DNA of 20,000 bases. Source: Chiloscyllium plagiosum (lineage: Eukaryota). The notes below the pieces were generated by a model, which was not told the DNA's origin, ran no database searches, and worked only from the letters and a program-made list of their open reading frames with translations. Positions 1 to 11,060 of this stretch are shown one piece after another. Numbering within the stretch: the stretch's first letter is position 1; each line of letters opens with the position of its first letter. The DNA lies in contig NW_025215225.1 of NCBI RefSeq assembly GCF_004010195.1, positions 54,730-74,729 on the forward strand, read 5' to 3'. The position numbers were made by a program, and so were the translations under genes.

Positions 1-445
1 GACAAGGCCTTAGTGAAGTACACAGGAGGTTCTCCAGGATGGTTTGGACCCAGAGGACCTCTCCCCATGGAGAACTTGGGGTTGTTAATTGAGTGGAGGT
101 GCTTACAGGGGAGGTGCAATCGACGCATTCAAGGTTAGGAAGTGTTTTGGTACACTGTTTAAAGAGAAACTGTTTCCAGTGATCTGGGGAAAGCTGGGCA
201 AAGCTGCATGTGAGAGAGAGAATTGGTGACCAGAGGGGCATGACTTGGTAAGGAGATCAATGAGAAAGATGAGCAGTTTTTAACCTTGCAAGTTATGATA
301 ATCTGAAATGTGCTGCCTAAAAGCATCCTTTGGCCGGGGGAGGAGGGGGGAGTGCTGCTGGAAGCACAGGGCAGGGAGGGTTGGATTGCTTTCCAAACCA
401 CCATGTCTGGGCTCGATGGGCTGAGTGGGCTTCTGCTGGAATGTA
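1..445 (+). mobile_element. Old, highly diverged CR1-like LINE 3' fragment
   Basis: Degenerate matches to the CR1 ORF2 C-terminus/3' UTR (gagaaactgtttcca, gtgaccagaggggcat, gggctcgatgggctgagtgggcttct) in the same order as younger copies in the window. Confidence 0.5.
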
Positions 446-521
446 TTACAGGCAGTGGTAAACAAGCAGTCCCATAACTATCATTACGGAGGCATGGATA
501 GAGCAGGGACAGGAATGGCTG

Positions 522-1115
522 TTGCAGGTTCCGGGATTCAGATGTTTCAGTAAGAACAGAGTAGATGGTAAAAGAGGGGGAGGTGTGGCATTGTTGATCA
601 GGGACAGTATTACAGTTGTAGAAAGGATGTTTGGGGACTCGTTAACTGAGGCAGTATGGGCTGAGGTTAGAAACAGGAAAGGAGAAGTCACCATGCTGGG
701 AGTTTTCTATAGGCCTCCAAATAGTCACAGAGATGTAGAGGAAAGGATAGCAAAGATGATTCTCGATAGGAGTGAGAGAGGCAGGTTAGTTGTCATGGGG
801 AACTTCAACTATCCAAATATTGACTGGGATCACTACAGTACGAGTACTATAGATGGGTCAGTTTATGTCCAGTGTGTGCAGGAAGACTTCCTGACACAGT
901 ATGTAGACAGGCCTACAAGGGGTGAAGCCACTTTAGATTTAGTACTGGGTAACGAGCCTGGCCAGGTGTTAGATTTGGAAGTAGGTGAGCACTTTGGAGA
1001 CAGCGATCACAATTCTGTCAGGTTTACTTTAGTGATGGAAAGGGATAGGTGTACTCCACTGGGCAAGAGTTACAGCTGGGGGAAGGGAAACTACGATCAA
1101 TTAGGAAAGATTTAG
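522..1115 (+). pseudogene. CR1 ORF2 apurinic-like endonuclease domain fragment
   Basis: YRPP, G(D>N)FN, LDL and SDH motifs; truncated by a frameshift. Confidence 0.9.
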
Positions 1116-1215
1116 GAAGCGTAGAATGGGGAAGGAAACTGCAGGGGATGAGCACATTAAAAATTTTGAGCTTATTCAAGGAAAAGCTCCTGTGTCCTAG
1201 ATAAGTATGTACCTG

Positions 1216-1399
1216 GGAGAAAGTGAGGACTGCAGATTCTGGATATCAGAGCTGAAAAATGTGATGCTGGAAAAGTGCAGCAGGTCAGGCAGCATCCAAG
1301 GAGCAGGAGCCCTTAAGAAGGGCTTATGCCCAAAACGTCGATTCTCCTGCTCCCTGGATGCTGCCTGACCTGCTGCGCTTTTCCAGCAACACATTTTTC
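1216..1399. mobile_element. Short fold-back PLE pLTR insertion (family C) inside the CR1
   Basis: 17-bp TSD agataagtatgtacctg at 1199-1215 and 1400-1416; inverted arms ~1252-1309 and ~1344-1401; degenerate HHR cttaagaagggcttatgcccaaaacgtcga at ~1312-1341. Confidence 0.9.
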
Positions 1400-2212
1400 A
1401 GATAAGTATGTACCTGTCAGGTAGGGAGGAAGATATAGAACGCGTGAGCCGTGGTTTACTAAGGAAGTGGAATCCCTGGTCAAGAAGAGGAAGAAGGCTT
1501 ATGTTAGAACAAAATGTGAAAACTCAGGGCGCTTGAGGGTTACAAGGAAGTCAGGAAAGACCTAAAAAGAGAGCTCAGAAGAGCCAGGAGGAGACATGAG
1601 AAGTTGTTGGCAGATAGGATCAGGGTTAACCGTAAGGCTTTCCATAGGTATGTCAGGAATAAAAGAATGTCGAGAGTTAAATTAGGACCAATCAAGGATA
1701 ATAGCGGGAAGTTGTGTGTGGAGTCAGAGTAGATAGGGGAAGCACTAAATAAATATTTTTCGACAGTGTTCACTATAGAAAATGAAAATGTTTGCGAGGA
1801 AGATACAGAGATACTTGCATCTAGACTAGAAGAGATTGAGGTTCACAAGGAAGAGGTATTCGAAATACTGCTGAGTGTGAAAATAGACAAGTCCCCTGGG
1901 CCGGGTGGGATCTATCCTTGGATCCTCTGGGAAGCAAGGGAAGAGATTGCTGAGCCTTTAGCATTGATCTTCAAATCATCATTGTCTACAGGAATAGTGC
2001 CTGAGGACTGGAGGATAGCAAATGTGGTTCCCTAGTTCAAAAAGAGTAGGAGAAACAGCCCTGGTAATTACAGACCAGTGAGTTTCACTTCAGTTGTTGG
2101 AAAAGGTTATAAGAGATAGGATTTATAACCATCCAGAAAAGAATAATCTGATCAGGGACAGTCAGCATGGTTTTGTGAAGGGTAGGTCGNNNNNNNNNNN
2201 NNNAATGGGATT

Positions 2213-3255
2213 GTGGGAGACATAGCAGTTTGGATCAGTAATTGGCTTGCTGAAAGAAAACGGAGGGTTGTAGTTGATGGAACATGTTCATCTTGGTGTC
2301 CAGTTACTCGTGGCGTACCACAAGGGTCGGTGTTGGGTCCACTGCTGTTCTTCATTTTTATAAACGACCTGGATGAGGGCTTAGAAGGGTGGTTTAGTAA
2401 ATTTGTGGATGACACTCAGGTCGGTAGAGTTGTGGATAGTGATGAAGGACGTAGTAGGTTGCAGTGAGACATAGATAGGATGCAGAGCTGGGCTGAGGTA
2501 TGGCAAATGGAGTTTAATGTGGACAAGTGTGAGGTGATACACTTTGGACAGAGTAATCAGAATGCAAAGTACTGGGCTAATGATAAGGTTCTTGGGAGTA
2601 CAGATGAGCAGAGAGATCTCGGTGTCCATGTACACAGATCCCTGAAAGTTGCCACCCAGATTGACAGGGTTGTTAAGAAGGCATACAGTGTTTTGGCCTT
2701 TATTAATAGAGGGATTGAGTTCCAGAACCATGAGGTTATGCTGCAGCTGTACAAAACTCTGGTACGCCACACTTGGAGTATTGTGTATAGTTCTGGTCAC
2801 CGCATTAAAAGAAGGATGTGGAAGCTTTGGAAAGGGTGCAGAGGAGATTTACTAGGATGTTGCCTGGTATGGAAGGAATGTCTTACGAGGAAAGGCTGAG
2901 GGCTTTGAGGCTGTTCTCGTTAGAGAGAAGAAGGTTGAGAGGTGACTTAATAAAGATATACAAGATAATCAGAGGGTTAGATAGGGTGGACAGGGAGAGC
3001 CTTTTTCCAAGTATGGGGACAGCAAACACGAGGGGACACAACTTTAAAGTAAGGGGAGATAGATATAAGACAGATGTCAGAGGTAGTTTCTTTACTCGGA
3101 GAGTAGTAAGGGTATGGAATGCTTTGCCTGCAACGGTAGTAGATTTGCCAACTTTAAGTACATTTAAGTCGTCATTGCACAAGCATATGGATGTACATGG
3201 AATAGTGCAGGTTAGATGGGCTTCAGATTGGTATGACAGGGCGACGCAACATTGA
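2213..3255 (+). pseudogene. CR1 ORF2 reverse transcriptase and C-terminal fragments
   Basis: PQGSVLGP and FVDD (for FADD), WQMEFNVDKC, RDLGV, LERRRLRGDLI, split over three ORFs. Confidence 0.9.
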
Positions 3256-3373
3256 GGGCTGAAGGGCCTGTACTGCGCTGTAATGTTCTATGTTCTATAT
3301 CATTATTTGATTCTTCAAGATGGGTGATTCTAAAAGCACCCACTCTCTAACCTGAATGCTGCTTCTGTGGTGA

Positions 3374-3920
3374 CATAGAGATCATACGGCATGGAAACAG
3401 ACCCTTCAGTCGAACCAGTCCCATAGTCCCAAACTAAACTAATCCCACCTGTCTGCTCCTGGCCCATATCCATCCAGACCTTCCCTATTCATGTACTTAT
3501 CTGAAATGCCTTTTAAACATTGTAACTGTGCCTGGATCCATCAAACTTTCTCTGGAAGTTCATTCCACACATGAACCATTCTGTATATTTTTTTTAAAAA
3601 TTGCCCCTCATGTCTGTCTTTAATCCTTCTTCCTCCCCCCTTTAAAATATGCCCCTTAGTCTTGAAATTCCCCCAGCTTAGGGAAAAGACACCTGCCCAT
3701 TCACCACCTACTCCTCAGGATTTTATAAACCTAATTAAGGTCACTCTTCAATCTCCTAATCTCCAGTGAAAATACGTCCCAGTCTATCCTGCCTCTCCTT
3801 GTAACTCAAGCCCTTTATTCCTGGCAACATCCTGGTAAGTTTCTTTTCTGAACCGTCTCCAGCTTAATAATAATCTTCATATAACAGGGCGACCAGAAGA
3901 GGGGTATCATCCAAGTGGCC
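3374..3920 (-). mobile_element. CR1 LINE 3' fragment
   Basis: Reverse complement of the CR1 3' end (catggaaacagacccttc, ctggcaacatcctggtaa, gggcgaccagaa). Confidence 0.85.
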
Positions 3921-4077
3921 ATTTGTACTTGCTGTTAATATCGAAGTTCGGGGCAAAGGTAGTTTTACATGTAGGACTTTGGTTTCAGTTTTGTTTCCTT
4001 GAGTTTCTTTCCCTAGGCAGCTCCTTCTAAATGAGCCTTGATCCTGCAACAGTATCCTCCCACCCTGTGCTTCATCA

Positions 4078-4650
4078 CCATTGGTTAGGCCACTTTTGGA
4101 ATACTGTGTTCGATTCTGGTCTCCTTCCTATCGGAAAGATGTTGTGAAACTTGTACGTGTTCAGAAAAGATTTACAAGGGTGTTGCCAGGGTTGGAGGGT
4201 TTGAGCTACAGGGAGAGGCTGAATAGTCTGGGGCTGTTTTCCTTGGAGCATCGGAGGCTGAGCTTATTGAGGTTTATAAAATCATGAGGGACATGGATAG
4301 GATAAATAGACAAGGTCTTTTCCCTGGGGTGGGGGAGTCCAGAACTAGAGGGCGTAGGTTTAGGGTGAGAGGGGAAAGATATAAAAGGGACCTAAGGGGC
4401 AACTTTTTCACGCAGAGGGTGGTGGGTGGATGTGGGTGTGTGTGTGGTATGAGGTACCAGAGGAAGTGGTGGAGGCTGGTACAATGACAACATCTAAAAT
4501 GCATCTGGATGGGTATATCAATAGGAATGGTTTAGAGGCACATGGTCCAAAACCTGGCAAATGGGGTTAGATTGGGTAAGGATATCTGGTTGGCATGGGT
4601 GAGTTTTACCTAAGGGCCTGTTTCCGTGCTGTACATCTCTATGACTCTGT
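4078..4650 (+). mobile_element. CR1 LINE 3' fragment
   Basis: VRPLLEYCVRFWSP..VQKRFTRVLPGLEGLSYRERL; ends gggcctgtttccgtgctgtacatctctatgactct. Confidence 0.92.
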
Positions 4651-5125
4651 AAGCTGCTTAAAATGAAGGTGTTACTGAACCAGGAACCAACGTAAGGCAG
4701 TGAACAGGAGGATGAGGTTTGAATGAGATGTCAGAGTGACAGACCGTCAGGGACTTTACTCGGTAGGTGGCTGGCTGGGTGAACGGTTTCTGGGAGTGGC
4801 CGGATGATGGTGGACATGGATGAGGGTTTCAGCAAAAGAGTGGAGGTTGAGCAGCAGTGGGCACAGGGAAAGCAGCAACTTCACTTGTGCTCAGTTATGG
4901 ACATTGTTTGGCGAGCGCACACTTTCCTCCAGTTGTCTGGATTATTGGGTGCCTTGCCGGACCATCACAGACGGCCCATGAGATATGGCCACAGCTGATA
5001 GATGCAGCCTAGCTACGCAGGCTAGGTTAGGGAGTCATGATTTGGAGATGCCGGTGTTGGACTGGGGTGTACAAAGTTAAAAATCACACAACACCAGGTT
5101 ATAGTCCAACAAGTTTAATTGGAAG

Positions 5126-5160
5126 CACTAGCTTTCGGAGCGACGCTCCTTCATCAGGTG
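5126..5160 (-). ncRNA. Minimal type I hammerhead ribozyme motif, intact core (family A)
   Basis: Reverse complement: cac CUGAUGA a ggagc-guc-gcucc GAA AGCU A gug; stem I cac/gug, 5-bp stem II, palindromic AGCU in place of stem III. Confidence 0.8.
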
Positions 5161-5391
5161 ATAGTGGAGGGCTCGATCATAACACAGAATTTATAGCAAA
5201 ACTTTACAGTGTGATGTAACTGAAATTATACATTGAAAAATTGATTGAGTCTTAAGCCTTTCATCTGTTAGAATACAGTGATAGTTTCACTTCTTTCATG
5301 TGTAAATCACAAAATCTTTGTTTTTAAAAAGTTGCATTCTCAGGTTAGCTGTTAACAATGGTGATAGCTAGACAATATGTTGAAGGTGTTA

Positions 5392-5538
5392 GCCTCAGAC
5401 CTTCGGGTGACCATCCTCCAAGGTGGACTTCGGGACAGGCAGCAGAGAAAAGTGGCTGAGCAGAGGCTGATAGCTAAGTTCGGTACCCATAGGGAGGGCC
5501 TCAACCGGGACCTTGGGTTCATGTCACATTACAGGTGA
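5392..5538 (+). pseudogene. C-terminus of a PLE GIY-YIG endonuclease
   Basis: Manual translation ASDLRVTILQGGLRDRQQRKVAEQRLIAKFGTHREGLNRDLGFMSHYR* shows the conserved E...I..F.T...GLN ending. Confidence 0.85.
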
Positions 5539-5549
5539 CCACCATTGCA

Positions 5550-5792
5550 CTACACACACACACACACGCGGATACTCCTACACACACACTGGCACGCCAA
5601 TACACACATACCGCGCGCGCACAGACACCCACACACACCCTTCCAGACACACACACTCCCACACTTACACATGCACCCCCTCACAGACTTAAGACACTCT
5701 GCACTCACTACACACACATACACTTTTTCACACAGTCAACCCCCACCACAGACAGAGACACACAGACAGCCAAAGACCCACATGCACACATA
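5550..5792. repeat. Degenerate (CA)n-rich tract inside PLE family A
   Basis: Interrupted CA repeats between the ORF stop and the pLTR. Confidence 0.9.
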
Positions 5793-6201
5793 TATTTTGT
5801 GGGGTGAATTTGTACTTACAGGGTTACATTGTACTTTGCTCAAAAACTGCATGCATTCATGTAGAACTCCGAGCTCAAAAACTGCATGAATTTATGTAAA
5901 ACTCCGTTACCTCACTTTTTGGATTAGAATCAATCTAAACATCATGGCATAGACAGAGAACACAGGGGGCTAACACCTTCAACATATTGTCTAGCTATCA
6001 CCATTGTTAACAGCTAACCAGAGAATGCAACCTTTTTTCAAAAAAGGTTTTGTGATTTACACATGAAAGAAGTGAAACTATCACTGTATTCTAACAGATG
6101 AAAGGCTTAACAGACAATCAATTTTTCAATGTATAATTTCAGTTACATCACACTGTAAATTATTTCTAGAAATTCTGTGTTAGGATTGAGCCCTGCACTA
6201 C

Positions 6202-6236
6202 CACCTGATGAAGGAGCATCGCTCCAGAAGCTAGTG
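6202..6236 (+). ncRNA. Hammerhead motif with mutated core (GAAA>AGAA), family A
   Basis: cac ctgatga a ggagc atc gctcc agaagct a gtg. Confidence 0.65.
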
Positions 6237-6292
6237 TGCTTCCAATTAAACCTGTTGTTGTGGTTCTGTTCGACGAGCTGGGAATTTGTGTT

Positions 6293-6332
6293 GCAGACGT
6301 TGCGTCCCCTGTCTAGGTGACATCCTCAGTGC
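6293..6332 (-). ncRNA. Hammerhead motif family B, GAAA>GCAA variant
   Basis: Reverse complement: gca ctgagga t gtcacct agac aggggac gcaacgt c tgc. Confidence 0.65.
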
Positions 6333-6419
6333 TTGGGAGCCTCCTGTGAAGCGCTTCTGTGATCTTTCCTCCGGCTTTTGTAGTGGTTTGTATCTGCCGC
6401 TTCCGGTTGTCAGTTCCAG

Positions 6420-7083
6420 CTGTCCGTTGCAGTGGTCGGTATATTGGGTCCAGATCGATGTGCTTATTGATTGAATCTGTGGATGAGTGCCATGCCTCTA
6501 GGAATTCCCTGGCTGTTCTCTGTTTGGCTTGTCCTATAATAGTAGGTGGTCCCAGTCGAATTCATGTTGCTTGTCATCTGCGTGTGTGGCTACTAAGGAT
6601 AGCTGGTCATGTCGTTTCGTGGTTTGTTGGGTGTTCATGGATGCGGATCGTTAGCTGTCTTTCTGTTTGCCCTATATAGTGTTTTGTGCAAGTCCTTGCA
6701 TGGGATTTTGTACACTACACTGGTTTTGCTCATGCTGGGTATCGGGTCCTTCGTTCTGGTGAGTTGTTGTCTGAGAGTGGCTGTTGGTTTGTGTGCTGTT
6801 GAGAGTCCTCGTGGTCGCAGTAGTCTGGCTGTCAGTTTGGAAAGGCTCTTGATGTATGGTAGTGTGGCTAGTCCTTTGGGTTGCGGCATGTCCTCGTTCA
6901 GTTGTCTTTCCCTTAGACATCTGTTGATGAAATTGCGCGGGTATCCGTTTTTGGCGAGTATGTTGTATAGGTGTTCTTCTTCCTCTCTTTGCAGTTCTGG
7001 TGTACTGCAGTGTGTTGTGGCCCTTTTGAATAGTGTCTTGTTGCAACTTCTTTTGTGTGTGTTGGGGTGGTTGCTTTTGTAGT
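6420..7083 (-). pseudogene. PLE RT thumb/linker + GIY-YIG endonuclease fragment (frameshifted)
   Basis: NGYP, LPYI, VVYKIPCKD, then after a frameshift CTKHYIGQTERQLTIRIHEH and IIGQAKQRTAREFLEAWHSSTDSINKHIDLDPIY. Confidence 0.88.
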
Positions 7084-7305
7084 ACACCAGAACTGCAAAA
7101 AGAGGACAAGCCAAACAGAGAACAGCCAGGGAATTCCTAGAGGCATGGCACTCATCCACAGATTCAATCAATAAGCACATCGACCTGGACCCAATATACC
7201 GGCCACTGCAACGGGCAGCTGGAACTGACAACCGGAAGCGGCAGATACAAACCACTACAAATGCCGGAGGAAACATCACAGAAGCGCTTCACAGGAGGCT
7301 CCCAA

Positions 7306-7345
7306 ACACTGAGGATGTCACCTAGACAGGGGACGCAACGTCTGC
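7306..7345 (+). ncRNA. Hammerhead motif family B, same GCAA variant
   Basis: aca ctgagga t gtcacct agac aggggac gcaacgt c tgc. Confidence 0.65.
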
Positions 7346-8129
7346 AACACAAATTCCCAGCTCGGCCAACAGAACCACAACGAGCACCTGAGCTACAAAT
7401 CTCACAAACTTCCAATTAAATCTGTTGGACTATAACCTAGTGTTGTGTGATTTTTAACTAGGTTAGGGAGGTTAGTTTTGAAAAAAAAAGTCACTGAATG
7501 CTTTATTCTCTCATTGTTCTCCATCTACCAGCCCACAAAAGATCAGTTTGCTGAATTCACTTTCACAACCATGGTCACAACCATGACTGCACTCTACCCG
7601 GAGAACAAAATGTTTTCTGTGGGCCGGCAGCAGTTTGGGGCAAGTACAGGCTGTGTGATTGTACTGCTGAGTGTTCGCAGTTCAAACAGTCAGTGTGTGA
7701 AACCTTTCCACCCACAGCCTGAACAGAATGAGAAATCTAATGGGGAAGGAATAGCCCTTCTTCGGTCTACCAGCTCACCACCTCACTTGGTGAAACCACT
7801 CCCAGGCTTGTGTAAATTCAAATCCGGTTGTGTTTTGCACGATTGTGATCAGAAATAAACATTGTAGCATCATTGAAAAACTTGGTACAAAAGGGGCTCA
7901 TTTGAGCTTTGTCTGTGCTAGCTCTTTGGAGTTATGTACTCACTTCCAAATCCCGCTCTCTCAACTCTGACTGCATAGTCAGTTATACAGCTTGTTTCAA
8001 TGCAGGAGACCACTCAGCACATTGAGTCCACCTCAGCTTTTAGGGAGTATTTTACTACATTCTGCCTCATCTGCCCATTTTTATATTTTCTCTGTGAAAA
8101 GTGACCGGTTAAGCCAGTATTTCACTCCA

Positions 8130-8682
8130 AGTCATAGAGATGTACAGCACAGAAATAGACCCTTCGGTCCGTCTTATCCACACTGACCAAACATCCTAAA
8201 TTAATCCAGTCCCATTTGCCAGCATTTTGCCCATTATCCCCCTGAGCCCTTCCTATTCATATACCCATCCAGATGCCTTTTAATTGTACCAGCCTCCACC
8301 ACTTCCTCTGGCAGCTCATTCCGTACATGTACCACCCTCAGAGTGAAAAAGTTGCCCTTTAGGTCCCTTTTGAATATTTCCCCTCTCACCTTAAACTTAT
8401 GCCCTCCAGTTTTGGACACTCCTACCCTGGGGAAAAAAGACCTTCGCTATTCACCCTATTTATGCCCCTCATGATTATATAAACTTCTATAACATCACCT
8501 CTCAGCCTCCAATGCTCCAGGGAAAACAGCCCCAGCCTGTTCAGCCTCTCCCTGTAGCTCAGACTGTCCAACCCTGGCAACATCCTTGTAAATCTTTTCT
8601 GAACCCTTTCAAGTTTAACAACATCTTTCCTATAGTAGGGAGACCAGAATTGCATGCAGTACTCAAAGTGGCCTAACTAATT
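8130..8682 (-). mobile_element. CR1 LINE 3' fragment
   Basis: Minus ORFs QFWSPYYRKDVVKLERVQKRFTRMLPG and GGHKFKVRGE..GNFFTLRVV; tail at 8130-8170. Confidence 0.92.
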
Positions 8683-9626
8683 TTCATCCTTCAAGAGTGT
8701 ATCCTAATTCCCTCTAGGAAGCTATGATTGAATCTACTTCCACCACCTTTTCAGGGTTTCAAAGGGAACATGGAGCCCCAGGCAGCTGATACCTCAGCTA
8801 CCAGCCAGGGGGCTGGCTTGGGTGCTAATAGTGGAGCAGTCGATGATTAGGGATTTACACGAGGGCTCCAAGTTCAGAGCAGAAGTACCTGAGAGGTGGT
8901 TGGAAACGGATGCAGATGGAGGGGAGTAGCCATACTGGGAGGAGGCCATTCAGCCTCTCCAGTCTTTCCCACCAGACAGAGGGCTTATCTGTCCATACTT
9001 CCTTTACTCGCATTTACCCACTTTCCTTGCTTCATTTGGATAATAAAAACTCTAAATCTTGATTTAAAATGAACAATTGATGGAGTAGTGTTAATTGCTG
9101 TTTGTGGTAAAAAGTTGTTTACATACTGTGGGTGGAAGATGCAATGCGAGACCGTGCCCCTTGGCCCCAGATTATCTGACCAGGGGAAGAGTTTCCCAAG
9201 ATCTAACCTCCCTTGAAAATATCAATCATATCAACTTTTGTCCTTTTGAATTCCAGGGAATGCAGACTTCATGGGTAACTTTATCCTTCTCATGCTGAAC
9301 CTGAGCAGCTCAGATACAAGACTGTATTGCCAAACACTGAGGCTGTATGGAATTGCCATCTCTGGACAGCCTGGACACAGACCACAACTGCGTCCAGCTA
9401 TGGGAATGGTAGATGACTGTGCCATGTTGGAAGTCAGGTTAGTAATTTTCTTTCCTGTTGACCTTTTCCCACCTTGCAACTCTTCAGTGGATGGTGTAGC
9501 TTCTAACGTTTGGGAATATTGGATTTGGAAAAAAGAAAGCAGTGCAATGATTATTTTCTCTGGGCATTTTCCCCCATTGGTTTAATCAAAGCTGGGTAAT
9601 ACTCTCAGCCCCTTAATAACACAAAC

Positions 9627-10045
9627 AGTCATCCAGCACGGAAACGGACCCTTCGGTCCAACCAGTCCGTGCCGAACATAATCCCAAACTGAACTAGTCC
9701 CACCTGCTTGCTCCTGGCCCATCTCCCTCCAACCTCTCCTATTCATCTACTTATCCAAATGTCTTTTAAACGTTGTAATTGAACCCACATCCACCACTTC
9801 CTCAGGAAGTACATTCTACACATAACCCATCATCTGTTCAAAAAAAAATTGTTCCTTCATGTCTTTTTTACACCTCTCTCCTCTCACCTTAAAGTCTTCA
9901 TCTTGCAATCCCCTGTTCTAGGGAAAATACTCCTACCATTAATCCTATCTAGACCCCCCCATGACTGTTAAAACTTTGATAAGGTCACTCTCCACCTCCT
10001 ACGCACCATTGGAAAAATGTCCCAGCCTCTGCAGCCTTTCTTTAG
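9627..10045 (-). mobile_element. CR1 LINE 3' fragment
   Basis: cagcacggaaacggacccttcggtccaaccagtcc... colinear with 3374-3800 and 8130-8550. Confidence 0.85.
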
Positions 10046-10244
10046 CTGGATTGCTGCATGCTGGTGTTCATGCTTGTTGGGTATCTCCCACTCCATCTTC
10101 ATCTCTCACCCTATTACCATGCCGGCTATTCCTTTTCCAGTGTGTGTTTATCCACATTCACCATAAATGCATCTACGTTTTCAGCGTCACCACTCCCTCT
10201 GCAAGCAAGTTCCGCATTGCCCCCACTGTAGTTGATCAAAGTGT

Positions 10245-10378
10245 AAGAGGCATTTTGACAGTCATATGTACAGGCAGAGAATGTAGGAGTATGGACCATG
10301 TGCAGATTGGTTTAGAATGATGGTGTGGTTGGCCCAGCTGTGGTGAGCTTGCGGGCCTTTCCGTGCTGTTCTGTATTC
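10245..10378 (+). mobile_element. Short degenerate CR1 3' terminus
   Basis: ggcattttgacagtcatatg...gggcctttccgtgctgttctgtattc. Confidence 0.55.
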
Positions 10379-10680
10379 ACTGGGTAAAGACAGTTCTCGT
10401 TTGGATTTATTAGCGATTGTCTGACATCGATGGTGCCATGTTCCCGTTTTCCTCCCCAAGTGGAAAGGCCTTCTGTAAAATGCAGGACCAATAAATGCGA
10501 TGCGTTTGGCCATTTTCAATAAACTTAAAGTCTGAAAAACCTTTGTGATTTGTGTTATTTTGACCGTACTGACAATCCTGATGCACAAAGGAACGATTGT
10601 TGGAAATCTGTAGCTTCACATTAGCTGAGGTATATAGCCACAGTGGCCAGGTTAGACTTCCACTGCCCTTTCCTGTCTGC

Positions 10681-11060
10681 CCAGGCCCAGCAGAGAACTC
10701 TGTACTGTATAAAGGTTCCAACTGGTAGGGGCCCAGCTCGGAGCTCTGCTGTACAGTGGCTCCAACTCATAGGGGCCCAGCTCGGAGCTCTGTTCTGTAC
10801 AGTGGTTCTAAATCATAGGGGCCCAGCTCAAGAGCTCTGTGCTGTACAGTGGTTCTAAATCATAGGGGCCCAGCTCGGAGCTCTGTTCTGTACAGTGGCT
10901 CCAACTCATAGGGGCCCAGCTCGGAGCTCTGTTCTGTACAGTGGTTCTAAATCATAGGGGCCCAGCTCAGAGCTCTGCAGAAGAGATATTCTTTAACCAG
11001 CAAGGCCCCACTTCTGAGCTCCACTGTGTAGTTTGGTTCTAACTCCTTGGAGCCCAGCCA
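10681..11060. repeat. 46-bp minisatellite
   Basis: Unit taggggcccagctcggagctctgttctgtacagtgg(ttctaaat/ctccaact)ca; near-identical copies start at 10726, 10770, 10816, 10863, 10909 and 10955 (partial), with degenerate units on both flanks. Confidence 0.95.

Larger units (their letters stand above)
487..3297 (+). mobile_element. 5'-truncated CR1-clade LINE (HER1-like), decayed ORF2 (APE endonuclease + RT)
   Basis: APE motifs GVFYRPP, VVMGNFNYP, LDLVL, GDSDH (522-1115); KSPGPGGI, WRIANVVP (1766-2035); [24 protein letters not shown] (2213-2467); C-terminal ALERVQRRFTRM, TRGH, WNALP; ends in (atgttct)n tail 3283-3298; possible TSD tatcatta 479-486/3298-3305. Stops, frameshifts and an N gap at 2190-2203. 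Confidence 0.95.
6258..7408. mobile_element. PLE family B (Poseidon-like), fold-back, nested in element A
   Basis: 19-bp TSD cttccaattaaa(c/t)ctgttg 6239-6257/7409-7427; minus arm 6258-7083 encodes SNHP..KR..KTLFKRA..NGYP..LPYI..VVYKIPC..HYIGQT..REFLEAW; plus arm 7103-7408 is the inverse of ~6258-6535. Confidence 0.93.
5035..7457. mobile_element. PLE family A (Neptune-like), 3' fragment with inverted pLTR, interrupted by element B
   Basis: 13-bp TSD ctaggttagggag 5022-5034/7458-7470; minus arm 5035-5394 is the inverse of 5968-6257 plus 7428-7459; plus-strand GIY-YIG C-terminus at 5392-5538; CA-rich tract; HHR motif in each arm. Confidence 0.92.

Noticed and set aside
1197..1394. Recurrent MCCWKSAAGQAASREQENRRFG peptide (also 16073, 18042)
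   Set aside because: Antisense reading of the family C pLTR repeat, not a gene family.
1216..1399. MITE/DNA transposon or miRNA hairpin interpretation of the short inverted repeats
   Set aside because: Variable long TSDs, uneven termini, HHR content and linkage to a GIY-YIG ORF at 18377-18432 favour a PLE origin.
5022..5034. TTAGGG in the element A target as telomere targeting
   Set aside because: Single hexamer; other TSDs lack it.
5535..5889. His/Thr-rich ORFs
   Set aside because: Translation of a CA-rich tract.
6635..7279. 214-aa ORF as a novel protein
   Set aside because: Chimera of the antisense pLTR arm and a PLE ORF fragment across the inversion junction; ends in a frameshift.
10726..10978. 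CRISPR-like array
   Set aside because: Units are contiguous with no unique spacers and no cas genes; eukaryotic minisatellite.
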